Assembly (NCBI GenBank): GCA_965204725.1
Contig: OZ242005.1
Location: 2,752,001-2,816,000 of the forward strand
Direction: 5' to 3'
DNA: 64,000 nucleotides
Source: Candidatus Latescibacterota bacterium
GTDB taxonomy: Bacteria > Latescibacterota > UBA2968 > UBA8231
This document shows positions 9,859 through 19,719 of the stretch, piece by piece (the stretch's first letter is position 1; each line of letters opens with the position of its first letter). A program made the position numbers and the translations under genes. The notes under the pieces were generated by a model. That model was not told where the DNA came from and did not search any database. It saw nothing but the letters and a program-made list of their open reading frames with translations.

Positions 9859-12564
9859 TTAGTCCAGCCCGGCATAGACCGTCACAAACTGGGATGCGCC
9901 GGTAAAAGCGTCCTCGCCCTTGCGGTCGATGCGGTTGACGCGCAGGCCCATCTGGGTGGTCAAACTGTATCCTAAATACGCGCCGGTATTGGAGTATTGA
10001 ATGGCGAGCACTGTCTCGCGGTAGTCGGGCGACAGGCCCAAGGCGCGTACTTTTTCCGCGTCTTCGAGTTGGCTGAATATGGTGTACTCCAACCCGGCCC
10101 TCAGCTCGGAACGGGTCAGGATGGCGACCTCGCCGATCAAGAACAAGAGCAGGGCGTTTTCCTTGCGCACGGGATCGTTGCTCAGCAGCGGCGCTTCGCG
10201 GCGGTGTTCGTTCTTGATCTTGGGCGCGAGCACCACGCGGCCGATCGTACGCCGGTACTCGGCCTTGTTGATCAGGCCGAAGAACTGGAAGTTTTCGCGC
10301 ACATCCGGCTGCGCGTCGTTTTGGTGCCAGATGTCGTATTTCAGCTTGTTGGTGAAGGTCAGGCCGGGGACGCCGGTGTAATCGAAACGGACAAATGCAG
10401 AGTTGATGTAGGTGTTGAGCGCGGCTAGGGGGTCTTCTATCCGCTGCAACGCGCCTGGGGCCCCGGTCGGCTGCACCCACTGGACGACGTTGTCGGCAAT
10501 CTCGTCCTCGACCCGCTTGAACATGTCGAAGACGCGGAGCCGACCCACGCCGGCGATGTCCTTATCCCAAGTGACGACGCCGTATAAGGTTTGTTCGCGC
10601 TTCTTGGCCGAGAGCACGCGCTCCTGTTTGTAGCCGGCCGTCAGCCGCATCTCGGGCACGAGGTGCATCCCGATATATGCATTGTAGCCGCGGCGGTTGC
10701 GGTCGTAGGGGTAATCCGGGTCCTCGTCGTTTTCAAAGCGGTCGATCCAGAAGTTGTTGTTCATGTCCATGCCAAACAAAAACTCTGGGCGATCTACGTG
10801 GTAGCGCAGGAAAGGCTCCTCGTAGTCGGGGACGAAGTTGGGCCGGAACTCGTTGTCGTTCTGGTTGAAATCAGAGATAAAGTCGAGGTTTTCGTCCCAC
10901 CCGGGGAAAATCCGCAAATCCGGCCCGAACTGGTTGAGGCGCAGCCAGTCGGGGATGCGGTCTTGGTCGTCGTTGTCGTCAACCCACTCGTAAAAATTGG
11001 TCGTTGGATCGGTGTAGTCGATGTCGCCCGAAGGCGAGGCAATCAGGCTGGTGGTGCCGTAGTTGTAATCCATGCTATAGGCTTCGGCAAAGAGAAAGTA
11101 GGGATAACTTTTCTTCGACAGATTGACCATAAAGGCATTGGCTTGGTCCGCAGCCGTGTGGTGCGTGGCAAAGGCGCGGTTGGGGTATTTGCGATAGTGC
11201 CGACTGCGGTCAAATTCTGCGTACAGATCAAACCCCAGTACGCCCCGCACCGCCAAGGTAAATCCGTAGATGTCGTTGCCGGTCGGCAAGCCATAATCGA
11301 GGCGCAACAGCCCCAAGTTGGAGCCATCGCGGACGTTACCAGCCGCTCGCTTGGCCGTCAGAAAAACGGGCTGGCCCTCGGGTATGTTGAGTTGGCGATC
11401 GGAGCTTATCTCAATGTGGTAGTCGTTGGCGACCACCAACTCTAGCTGAGCGCGGCGAATGGTGGAAAGCTCCGGGCCGCTGTACGACGGGGAGCGGAAG
11501 TCGTAGGTTATTTCGATGCGCTCGTCGCCATCGGCCGCGAGGAAGCCGAGGCGTTGTAAGCCGCCATCAATGACCGGCTCAAAGCCGATTTGGCTGCCCC
11601 GCACCGTCTCTTTCTCGACCGCGACGATGCGCTCGCCGTCTTCTGTTTCGCGCGCCACTTCGGTCTCGGATTCAATGAGGATGTCCCACGAAAATAGGGC
11701 GGCCCCGCCCTCGCGGTCTTCGGGCGAGTCGTCGCTCAGGCGGATGAAGATCTGTCCGACATGCTCCAGATTTTGCCCCACCGTCAGCGAGCCGGTCCAC
11801 GGGTTGCCCTCAAAGCTCTCCAGCAGGGTTTGCGAGTTGTGGGCGTTGACATAGAGGCCGCCGACCTCGACAAAGTCGCCGATCTGGGTCGTGCCGTAGA
11901 AGCCCAATAGGTTGGTGCTATTGGTGGTTTCAACCGACACGGTCCGCGCCAGCCCCGGGGCGCTGATCCGCGACATCAAGACGGTCAGGTTGTACTTGTC
12001 GGACTGAAAGTCGGCTTGGATGCCGTCGAAGGCCGGCTTGGAGAACGTCATCGGCGTCAGGGTCGTGCGGATCTTGCTGCCGATGGTCAGGGCCAAGTTG
12101 TTTTGCCCTTTTTGGTCGGAAGCAATGACGAGTTCGTTGAACCATGCGCTGAACCTAGAGGTCTTAAAGACCGTGCTGCCAAACTGCTGAGGCTGGTTTT
12201 GGCTCCAGTCGTAGATGAGCCAGCCGCGGTTGATAAAAGACCCGTAGAGGTCGTAAAAATAATCGCCCTCAATGTCGCTGGAGACGTAGCGCTGGTACAG
12301 GTCGCGGGCGTAGTTGGTGTATTCCCACTGCTTCCAGCCGTAGAGCTGATAGAGCTCTTGGGGCGCGTACCAACGCCGCACGGCCGGGTCTAAGGCGTCG
12401 AAAAGCACCCCCGGCCCGCGTGGTTCGTAGGACACCTCGCCGCCCCGCGACACCCCCAACCGATGGCCGTAGTCTTCCCGTCCCTGCGCTCCAATATCGC
12501 CGCTGGTCGCCGCGGCAAGCAGGGCTGTGAGCAAAAGCAAATTCCGTCTGGCCACAGTACGCAT
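9859..12564 (-). CDS. Large exported protein of unknown function with acidic Ca-binding-like loops and a beta-rich C-terminus
   Basis: Start chosen at MRTVARRNLLLL signal peptide; DDNDDQDRIPD, DENLDFISD, DMNNNFWID loops; alternating beta-strand pattern ending QFVTVYAGLD. Confidence 0.7.
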   Translation of the reverse strand: MRTVARRNLLLLTALLAAATSGDIGAQGREDYGHRLGVSRGGEVSYEPRGPGVLFDALDPAVRRWYAPQELYQLYGWKQWEYTNYARDLYQRYVSSDIEGDYFYDLYGSFINRGWLIYDWSQNQPQQFGSTVFKTSRFSAWFNELVIASDQKGQNNLALTIGSKIRTTLTPMTFSKPAFDGIQADFQSDKYNLTVLMSRISAPGLARTVSVETTNSTNLLGFYGTTQIGDFVEVGGLYVNAHNSQTLLESFEGNPWTGSLTVGQNLEHVGQIFIRLSDDSPEDREGGAALFSWDILIESETEVARETEDGERIVAVEKETVRGSQIGFEPVIDGGLQRLGFLAADGDERIEITYDFRSPSYSGPELSTIRRAQLELVVANDYHIEISSDRQLNIPEGQPVFLTAKRAAGNVRDGSNLGLLRLDYGLPTGNDIYGFTLAVRGVLGFDLYAEFDRSRHYRKYPNRAFATHHTAADQANAFMVNLSKKSYPYFLFAEAYSMDYNYGTTSLIASPSGDIDYTDPTTNFYEWVDDNDDQDRIPDWLRLNQFGPDLRIFPGWDENLDFISDFNQNDNEFRPNFVPDYEEPFLRYHVDRPEFLFGMDMNNNFWIDRFENDEDPDYPYDRNRRGYNAYIGMHLVPEMRLTAGYKQERVLSAKKREQTLYGVVTWDKDIAGVGRLRVFDMFKRVEDEIADNVVQWVQPTGAPGALQRIEDPLAALNTYINSAFVRFDYTGVPGLTFTNKLKYDIWHQNDAQPDVRENFQFFGLINKAEYRRTIGRVVLAPKIKNEHRREAPLLSNDPVRKENALLLFLIGEVAILTRSELRAGLEYTIFSQLEDAEKVRALGLSPDYRETVLAIQYSNTGAYLGYSLTTQMGLRVNRIDRKGEDAFTGASQFVTVYAGLD

Positions 12565-12581
12565 CCTTTGTTTATCCCGCG

Positions 12582-14306
12582 TCAATAGGCGATGGCCACC
12601 GCGCGGCTGCTGCGCTCCATGCCGCTGTCGGTCTCCACTTCGACTTGTACGATGTAAGTCCCCGGCAGGAGTAGGTCGCCCCGGGCATCTCGGCCATCCC
12701 AAGGCCGCTGGAACCGCCCGCTTTCGCTGCCAGCGACCGGCAACGCCGCGACTAGATTGTGCGCCAAGTCGTAGATCCGCAGCGCGACCGGCGCTCGGCC
12801 CGTCAGATAGAGCAAATCGTAGCTGATCGTGGTGTAGTCGTTGACGCCGTCGCCATTGGGCGTAAACACGGCCGGCGTTGCCGACACCCGATACACCAAG
12901 TGCTGGCCCCGCAAGGGCACTCGGACGCTCAAGTCGTCTCCGGCCAAGCGGGCCGCGGCGTTGCCGCTGGCGATCGCTTGGGGCAGTGCGCCCTCCCGCG
13001 TGGTGTCGAGCAGGCGTCCGGTGAACACGGTCTCATAGCGCAGGACGGCCGTGTCGAAAACCACTTGCAGGACGCGATTGCCGGTCTGGCGTGCAAAGCT
13101 GGCTCGCAGGCCGTTGGCCCCTAATTCCGCGCTGAATTCGAGTGCTTGGCCATCCACGCGCAAGGCGTGTAGGGCGCGGACCGGGGCCGGCGTGTCGATT
13201 TCCAAGCGGTCGAATCCTTGGGCGTCTGTTACCTCGATGGTATAGACGAAGCTCGTATCCACGCCTACGGGGACTTCCTGCGGCCATATCTCGCCGACGA
13301 TGGATTGGGCCAAGGCCGGGCGAAACACCTCGAAAGCGAGCGAATCCACGGCCATGCCGTCTTCGAGTCCATCGCTCTCAAACGACATGCTGAACTGGAA
13401 ATAGCGGCGCGGCGCCGGCGAGCGGATCCGCTCGCCGCTGCTCCGATAGGGCGAGGACCAAGGGCTCCAACTCGCAGGTTCGTCGTCCGGCGAAGGGCTG
13501 CGGCCGCTGCGGGTGCGCACGACGAGCCGCGACCGCTGCGGCAAGCCCACTTGCTCGGTCGCCCATTGCAACCGGCCCCACAGCGCGTCCTGCTCCAAGT
13601 CGAAGACTTGGGACAGGTAATCCGCCTCGGGCACGAATCCGCTGCCAAAAATTTCTAGTTCGTCGATTTCCCAGTTGAATCGCTGCGTGGATTCCAAGCG
13701 AATATAGCGCACGTATTGCAGAGGGAATCGCACGTCGATGGTGTCGCGGCTATTGCTGCCGTCTTGGGCCATGACCGTTAGCAAGGTCTTGTCCGGCAGC
13801 TTATCGACCGAGGCCGCCACAATGTCTGCGCCGAATGCGCCGTCGTTGATGGAGAGCACATAGCCTTTCATAAAGTCGCTCTTGAAGGCTTGGCGCGGGA
13901 AGAAGCGAATGCGATTGACGCCAAACCGAGCACCTAAATCGACGACGAGGAGGATTCCGGTGGCCGCGACGTCCTTGGCCTCGAAAGCCGTGGTGGGATC
14001 GCCATCTACCATGCTGTGCAGGCGCTCTTCAAGCACGGCCGAAGTCAAGCGCAAAACGGCTTGGGCGTTGGGCGAAGTCACCCGACCGCCGCGCTCGAGA
14101 ATCCCGGCGGCGATATTGGTGTTTGCCGCCACGCTGCGGGGCTGGATCCAACCGGCGCGTGAGCGGAAGTCGATGACCGGCGCGGCGGCAGTCGCCTCCT
14201 GCCAAGTCGCGCCGCTTCCGCTGCCCCCGACGACGATGTTTTCCGTCGCGAGGGCGGCTGTCGCGAGCAACCCGACGAGGGCCAAGGCATTGCACTGTGT
14301 GTTCAT
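12582..14306 (-). CDS. Exported protein with discoidin-like and C-terminal T9SS-B-like/FlgD-Ig domain (third paralog)
   Basis: VDGDPTTAF, VDLGARFGVNRIRF, RTRSG...WSPWS, FTPNGDGVND, WDGRD, PGTY. Confidence 0.75.
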   Translation of the reverse strand: MNTQCNALALVGLLATAALATENIVVGGSGSGATWQEATAAAPVIDFRSRAGWIQPRSVAANTNIAAGILERGGRVTSPNAQAVLRLTSAVLEERLHSMVDGDPTTAFEAKDVAATGILLVVDLGARFGVNRIRFFPRQAFKSDFMKGYVLSINDGAFGADIVAASVDKLPDKTLLTVMAQDGSNSRDTIDVRFPLQYVRYIRLESTQRFNWEIDELEIFGSGFVPEADYLSQVFDLEQDALWGRLQWATEQVGLPQRSRLVVRTRSGRSPSPDDEPASWSPWSSPYRSSGERIRSPAPRRYFQFSMSFESDGLEDGMAVDSLAFEVFRPALAQSIVGEIWPQEVPVGVDTSFVYTIEVTDAQGFDRLEIDTPAPVRALHALRVDGQALEFSAELGANGLRASFARQTGNRVLQVVFDTAVLRYETVFTGRLLDTTREGALPQAIASGNAAARLAGDDLSVRVPLRGQHLVYRVSATPAVFTPNGDGVNDYTTISYDLLYLTGRAPVALRIYDLAHNLVAALPVAGSESGRFQRPWDGRDARGDLLLPGTYIVQVEVETDSGMERSSRAVAIAY

Positions 14307-14328
14307 ATCGCGTGCCCGGACGGCTCAG

Positions 14329-14583
14329 TCAGTTCAGCACCTTCAACAGGATGGTCAGTTGTAGCCCCACAACGCCGAACAGAATGCCAATAATCCAGCG
14401 GTTGGTCGCACGAAGCTCGGCAATGGCTCGCTCAATGCTGTCCATGCGGGCGTTGACTTGGCGGAATTGTTCGCCCATCCCGCGTTGTATATCGTCCAAG
14501 CGGCGGTCGAGCTGCTCGGCGATGCCTTCTAGCCGTCCAATGCGGCGGTCGTGGTCTTGAGCTTGGGTAATCGGTTCGTTCAT
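14329..14583 (-). CDS. Small coiled-coil protein with C-terminal TM helix (DUF1640/XhlA-like)
   Basis: 84 aa heptad-rich sequence with hydrophobic tail; paralog of 15781-16011. Confidence 0.7.
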   Translation of the reverse strand: MNEPITQAQDHDRRIGRLEGIAEQLDRRLDDIQRGMGEQFRQVNARMDSIERAIAELRATNRWIIGILFGVVGLQLTILLKVLN

Positions 14584-14646
14584 GGTCGTTATCCTATCGG
14601 TTGGGAACAACTCGTTACGAGTGTGAGGAAAGGGCGGAAAGAATAC

Positions 14647-14686
14647 AAAAAAACCGCCATGCCAGGTCGGAAGCCCGGCATGGCGG
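14647..14686 (-). terminator. Rho-independent terminator after the WGRIK-tail gene
   Basis: 10-bp stem CCGCCATGCC/GGCATGGCGG followed by T7 on the minus strand. Confidence 0.8.
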
Positions 14687-14711
14687 CACTCGATCTACGC
14701 GCCAAAAGCAA

Positions 14712-15599
14712 CTACTTGGCAAACGTGGATTTGATCCGGCCCCAGCCCACTTCCTCTACGGATGTTCCCTCGCCAGCCATGACTTGGGAAGCCCAGTCGA
14801 TGTCCGGGTCGATGGGCGCGAGCAGAAAGTCGGAGAGCAAATCGCCTTGGAAGTAGCTGTCTGTGGCTCCGCTCAGAGTCCAGTAGCCCTCGTAGCCGGC
14901 ACTTTCCAAATCGTCGTCGTCGATGATGGTGAAGTGAAAACCAATGATGTTGCCCTCGACCAACGTGCCGATAGTGCTCTGGTCAATCCCGTTCCAGTTC
15001 AGGTTGTCGAACGGGGTCAGCATGTACTCGGCCCGGAAGAAGCCTTCCCCGCCTTCCTCGGCCGTCTGGGTGGAGGCAAACTGCCCGTAGGGCGGCTCGG
15101 TGATCCACTGAGCTTTGCCCCAGTGGTTCAGACCCGGGCCACCCTGATTGAAACCATAGTTTTGGGCGTGGGCACCGTGCAGCAGATCCTTCTGGTCTTG
15201 GTCTTCCACGTCGGCCCACACGTTGAACATGCCGCCGCTGTGGTCTGCGTCGAACACCATCTCCATAGGCTCCCAGCCGGTGATGACCCAGATAGCATCG
15301 TCGAACCGATCTTCCATGACGTAGAGCTTGTTGGTGTTGGGGTTCCAGCCGACGATGGCCCGCAAAGCTAAGTCGGTGGCGTCCCACGCGGTGCCTACGC
15401 CTCGCACGGTCTCGGTGAGTTGCTCGTGGTTGATCCAGTAGCCTTCGGGGATGACGTCCCACTCGATGAGGTTGCCGTCGATGGTGGGAATGTTGGCGTC
15501 GGGAAACTGCACGGCGGGGAACACCACATCTGCGGGCAGGTGTGCCCCAACAGGGACCGCCGCGAGGGCGAGGGCAAAAATCAGGGCGAGCTTTTTCAT
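14712..15599 (-). CDS. Exported acidic CBM9/DOMON-like protein with C-terminal WGRIK motif
   Basis: MKKLALIF signal peptide; PTIDGNLIEWD, IIGFHFTIIDDD; ends TSVEEVGWGRIKSTFAK. Confidence 0.7.
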   Translation of the reverse strand: MKKLALIFALALAAVPVGAHLPADVVFPAVQFPDANIPTIDGNLIEWDVIPEGYWINHEQLTETVRGVGTAWDATDLALRAIVGWNPNTNKLYVMEDRFDDAIWVITGWEPMEMVFDADHSGGMFNVWADVEDQDQKDLLHGAHAQNYGFNQGGPGLNHWGKAQWITEPPYGQFASTQTAEEGGEGFFRAEYMLTPFDNLNWNGIDQSTIGTLVEGNIIGFHFTIIDDDDLESAGYEGYWTLSGATDSYFQGDLLSDFLLAPIDPDIDWASQVMAGEGTSVEEVGWGRIKSTFAK

Positions 15600-15780
15600 T
15601 GCGTTACTCCATTGGAAAGAGGTTGGAAAACCTATAACTTCTCTGCGCTTGCTTTTGTTGTTGCGGCTTACATTGTACGGAATTTGCTTCTCATTTGTCA
15701 AAAAATAAAAACTTTATTCCTTACTTTAATAGAACAGAGCTATCGTAAACTTGGACCCCCTAACCGAAGGACAAACGACC

Positions 15781-16011
15781 ATGAGTGAACCAATTACGCC
15801 GCAGCAAGACCACGACCGCCGTATAGGACGAATGGAAGGCATCGCCGAGCAGTTAGACCGCCGTTTGGACAGCATTGAGCGGGCGGTTGTCGAGCAAGGC
15901 CACCAACTGCGGCAAGACATCCGCGAGCTACGCGCCAGCGTCCGCTGGCTCATCGGCATTCAGTTCGGCGTAGTGGGCTTGTTGGTATCCATCCTGTTGA
16001 AGCTGAATTAA
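15781..16011 (+). CDS. Small coiled-coil protein with C-terminal TM helix (paralog of 14329-14583)
   Basis: AAGGA RBS; shares EPIT..QDHDRRIGR.EGIAEQLDRRLD and RW.IGI.FGVVGL. Confidence 0.7.
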   Translation: MSEPITPQQDHDRRIGRMEGIAEQLDRRLDSIERAVVEQGHQLRQDIRELRASVRWLIGIQFGVVGLLVSILLKLN

Positions 16012-16028
16012 CCTACTAACGCCCCGCC

Positions 16029-17882
16029 GTGTTGTACCTATTCGGCCTGCTCCTCGCCCTTGCCTGCGAAGCGTACGCGCTCGACGACAGGCCGCTGGCC
16101 CAAGTGGGCGCGGAGCTGATTACCGAGCAGGACTATCGCCGGTTTGTCGCTGGCTTGCCCGAGTGGACCCAGAGCACGGCCGATGGCCGCGACCAAGTGC
16201 GCGACTATCTGCAATCCCTCGTCGACCGCGCCCTCATCTTGCGCGCCGCGCGGGCGCAGCAGGTGGAGCAAAGCGCGGCCGTGCAAGAAAACATGGCAGC
16301 GGCCCGGCGGCTAAAAGTGACGCAGGCAATGGAGCAGCGCTACATCCGCCCCGCTGTCTCGGTTAGCGAAGCCGCGCTACGGCGCGTATATGCCGCGCAG
16401 GGGTGGGAGCGGCAGCTCAAGATCGCCCACATTTTCACGCGGACGCAACCGCCGGCCGTAGCGGCCCTCGCCGCCCTGCACGCGGGCCGGGCCTTTGCAG
16501 AAGTGGCGCGCGAGTTTTCGCAAAACCGCACCACCGCGGCGCACGGCGGGGAAAAGCCGTACTATTACAGCCGCATCAACGCCATCCCGGCCGTGCGCGA
16601 TTCCCTGTTTAGCTTGCCCAAAGGTGCAATCTCTGCCATCCTCCCCGTTCCCAAGGGGTACGAGATTTTCAAAATCCTCGACGAGCGCACGGCTTCCTAC
16701 GAGCAAATGCGGCCGCAAGTCCTCAAGGCCGTTATGCGAGAGCGATTGCAGGCGCGGCGGCGGGCGTACATCGACTCATTGGCCGAGCGGTTCCAATGGC
16801 AGGAGGTTGCCGCGGGCATGGCCCGGCTCACGCGCATCTTGCGCAGCGGCGAGCAAGCGGGCGACAGCAAGGTCTTTTACCTCTCCGACGCCGATGCCAC
16901 GACCCCGCTGTACACGTACCGGGGCGGCGCGATCAGCGTGGGCGAAGCCGTGAGCCGCTCGCAGTTTATTCGCCAAGGGCGGTATGTGGAGGACAGCCTG
17001 AAGGTGGCCCATTACTTGGAGCGCGACGTGAAGGGGCCGCAGCTTCTCCTGCTGCAAGGCCGCGCCTTGGGGATTGAGCAAGAGCCGGCGGTCGCCGACT
17101 GGCTGGCGCGCAAAAAGGAAGAGCTCCTCATCCGCGCCATGCGGCGTCTCGCCACGGCCCACGCAAAGCCGGTGACCGAGCAAGAGATGCGCGCTCACTA
17201 CGAGGCGCACCCGAGCCAGTACCGAACTTCGTCGATGGTAGAAATCGTGGAAATACAGGTCGAGGAAGAGGCCCAAGCGCGCGAATTGCTGGCGCGGATA
17301 CGCGCCGACCGGCAGCGCGCCGCGCCCCTGATTGCTCTCCTCGCCGAGCTAGCAAAGGACGGGCGCACGGTGAGCGCGTTGCAGGACCTCAACGACGAAC
17401 TCGCGGTGTATGGCTGGCTCAAGCAGCGGCTGAGCGACCCGCTGGGCGCGGCGCAAATCGCCGCAGAGGTTGCCCAAGCGACCGGCCCGGCCGAGCTCGC
17501 CGAGACCTACATCGCGCGGCAGCTTGCGGCCTCGTACAGCGTGCGCCACGGCAGCCGCGAAGCCGAGGGCCGCTACGCGCTCTATTGGCACGAGACGCCG
17601 CGCTTTGGGCCGCTGGTCACAGCAGCCATGGAGGCCGAGGTCGGCGCGCTGATCGGCCCGGTAGAGCACCACGGCCTGTACTCGATCGCCAAGATCGTGG
17701 GGCGCACCGCAGCGGGGCGGCAGCCCTTTGCCGCCGTAAAGAAGCGCGTTGAGCACGCTTTGCGCGGCCGCCGCGAGAGTGCCTTGTTCGAGCAGTGGCT
17801 GCATGCGTTGCGGGCCGCGGCCGCGGCCGAAGTGGTCTTCTTCGACGACAACATCAACGCCCTAGGGCAGGACGCGCCGTGA
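16029..17882 (+). CDS. PpiC-type peptidyl-prolyl isomerase / SurA-PrsA-like foldase
   Basis: LAQVGAELITEQD, IAHIF, FAEVAREFS, HGG, GYEIFKILDER; a second degenerate rotamase domain. Confidence 0.75.
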   Translation: MLYLFGLLLALACEAYALDDRPLAQVGAELITEQDYRRFVAGLPEWTQSTADGRDQVRDYLQSLVDRALILRAARAQQVEQSAAVQENMAAARRLKVTQAMEQRYIRPAVSVSEAALRRVYAAQGWERQLKIAHIFTRTQPPAVAALAALHAGRAFAEVAREFSQNRTTAAHGGEKPYYYSRINAIPAVRDSLFSLPKGAISAILPVPKGYEIFKILDERTASYEQMRPQVLKAVMRERLQARRRAYIDSLAERFQWQEVAAGMARLTRILRSGEQAGDSKVFYLSDADATTPLYTYRGGAISVGEAVSRSQFIRQGRYVEDSLKVAHYLERDVKGPQLLLLQGRALGIEQEPAVADWLARKKEELLIRAMRRLATAHAKPVTEQEMRAHYEAHPSQYRTSSMVEIVEIQVEEEAQARELLARIRADRQRAAPLIALLAELAKDGRTVSALQDLNDELAVYGWLKQRLSDPLGAAQIAAEVAQATGPAELAETYIARQLAASYSVRHGSREAEGRYALYWHETPRFGPLVTAAMEAEVGALIGPVEHHGLYSIAKIVGRTAAGRQPFAAVKKRVEHALRGRRESALFEQWLHALRAAAAAEVVFFDDNINALGQDAP

Positions 17883-18757
17883 TCCAACGCGAGCGCCGCA
17901 AGCTGATCGCGCCCCTGCTCGGGCCAGCGCTCGGGCTGCACATCGCGTTCTTTGTGCTGCCCGTGTGCAACGCGTTTTACTATTCCCTGACTTCTTGGTC
18001 GGGCGTGTCGCCGGAAAAGGAGTACATCGGCCTCGCCAATTTTGGCCGCGCCTTGGCCGATCCGACCTTTCGCACGGCCTTAGAGAACGTCTTTTTGTTC
18101 GGCGTCCTCGGGTTCGTGGTCGTCTTTCCGCTGAGCCTGCTGTTCGCGGTGGTCCTCGCCCAAAAGCCGCCCTTTGCCGGATTCCTAAAATTCGTGGTCT
18201 TTGCCCCGACCCTGCTCTCGGTCGTGGTCACGGCCGTGCTGTGGGGCAGCATCTACAACCCGGTCATCGGCCTGCTCAACGAAACCCTGCGCGGCGTCGG
18301 GCTAGACGCGCTCGCTCGCCCTTGGCTGGGCAGCCGCCACAACGCCCTGCCAGCCATTGCCATCGCCATGATCTGGCAGGGGTTGGGCACGTACGTGATC
18401 CTGTTTTTGGCCGGCCTGCAAAAAATTCCGCTTAGTTTTTACGAGGCCGCCGAGCTGGATGGGGCCAATGCTTGGCAGCAATTTTGGCACGTGACCCTGC
18501 CGCTGCTGTGGGACGTCGTGCAGATTCTGGTCGTTTTCTGGATCATCGGCGCCTTTCAGGCGTTTGCCCTCATCTTCGTCATCACGCGCGGCTACCCCAA
18601 CGTCATTGAGGTGCTGGGCACGTACATCTACTGGGCCGGCTTTCAGGGGCAGAGCATCGGCTATGCCTCGGCCATGGGGGTCATCATGTTCTTCCTCGTG
18701 TTGGCGTTTAGCCTCGCGGTCAATCGCCTGATGCGCCGCGAGCGCGTGGAATACTAA
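17879..18757 (+). CDS. Carbohydrate ABC transporter permease (MalF-like)
   Basis: EAA loop YEAAELDGANAWQQFWHVTLP; GTG start overlapping the previous stop. Confidence 0.9.
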   Translation: MIQRERRKLIAPLLGPALGLHIAFFVLPVCNAFYYSLTSWSGVSPEKEYIGLANFGRALADPTFRTALENVFLFGVLGFVVVFPLSLLFAVVLAQKPPFAGFLKFVVFAPTLLSVVVTAVLWGSIYNPVIGLLNETLRGVGLDALARPWLGSRHNALPAIAIAMIWQGLGTYVILFLAGLQKIPLSFYEAAELDGANAWQQFWHVTLPLLWDVVQILVVFWIIGAFQAFALIFVITRGYPNVIEVLGTYIYWAGFQGQSIGYASAMGVIMFFLVLAFSLAVNRLMRRERVEY

Positions 18758-18758
18758 G

Positions 18759-19586
18759 ATGCGCCGCTTGCCCAAGTTGCTGGCCATCCTGTTTATGGGA
18801 AGCTATTGCCTGAGTTCCCTAATCGCCCTCGGCTGGGTGGCCTATACCTCCTTTAAGACCAATCCCGAGTTCTTTGCCAGCACTTGGGCCTTGCCGGCCG
18901 AATGGCGCTGGAGCAATTACGCATACGCTTGGGACAACGCCGAAATTGGCCGCTACTTTTTTAATACCGCCTATATCACCGCGCTCGCCGCACTCGGCAC
19001 TTTAGCGGCGTCGGCTATGGCCGCCTACATTCTAGCGCGGGTGATCTTCCCGTTTCAACGCTTCACCCTCTACCTCTTCCTGTCGGCCATGATGGTGCCG
19101 CCCATGCTGTACCTCTTCCCGCTCTTCGTGCAGATGCGGCATTTGCACCTAACCAACAGCCACTTTGGGTTGATCGCACTCTACATCGCCACCGGGCTGC
19201 CCTTTTCGATCTTCGTCCTGACGGGTTTTTTCAAGACCCTGCCAACCGAAATGGAAGAGGCCGCGCTGATTGACGGGGCCTCGCCGTGGCGGACCTTTTG
19301 GATGATCGCCCTGCCGCTGGCCAAGCCCGGGCTCATCGCGGTTTCCATCTTCAACTGCATCAACTACTGGAACGAGTTTTTCTGGTCGCTCATTCTCCTC
19401 CGCACCGGCAAGCTCTACACGCTCGCTCGCGGCCTGCAAACCTTGTTTTGGAACATGTCAACCGAATCGCGCTGGACCGAGTTGTTTGCCGGGCTGGTGA
19501 TCGTCATGCTGCCCCTGATCGCGGTGTTCATCCTGTTGCAGAACCGCATTACCGAGGGCCTGACCGCCGGCGCGCTAAAGGGCTGA
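18759..19586 (+). CDS. Carbohydrate ABC transporter permease (MalG-like)
   Basis: EEAALIDGASPW, WNEFFW, ends GLTAGALKG. Confidence 0.9.
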   Translation: MRRLPKLLAILFMGSYCLSSLIALGWVAYTSFKTNPEFFASTWALPAEWRWSNYAYAWDNAEIGRYFFNTAYITALAALGTLAASAMAAYILARVIFPFQRFTLYLFLSAMMVPPMLYLFPLFVQMRHLHLTNSHFGLIALYIATGLPFSIFVLTGFFKTLPTEMEEAALIDGASPWRTFWMIALPLAKPGLIAVSIFNCINYWNEFFWSLILLRTGKLYTLARGLQTLFWNMSTESRWTELFAGLVIVMLPLIAVFILLQNRITEGLTAGALKG

Positions 19587-19719
19587 CATCCGATTGGCGT
19601 CATGCCGTTGACATTGTGTTGCCTCAATCGTGATTTTACATCATCGTCCGAAAAATTGCCCGCAAACCAATGCTTCTTGGGAGATGAAGTCGATCCTTTG
19701 ATCGACGAGGAGACTTGCC

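Noticed and set aside
9374-10480. 368-aa Arg/Pro-rich ORF spanning two genes
   Set aside because: Off-frame GC artefact; both underlying genes have their own starts and stops
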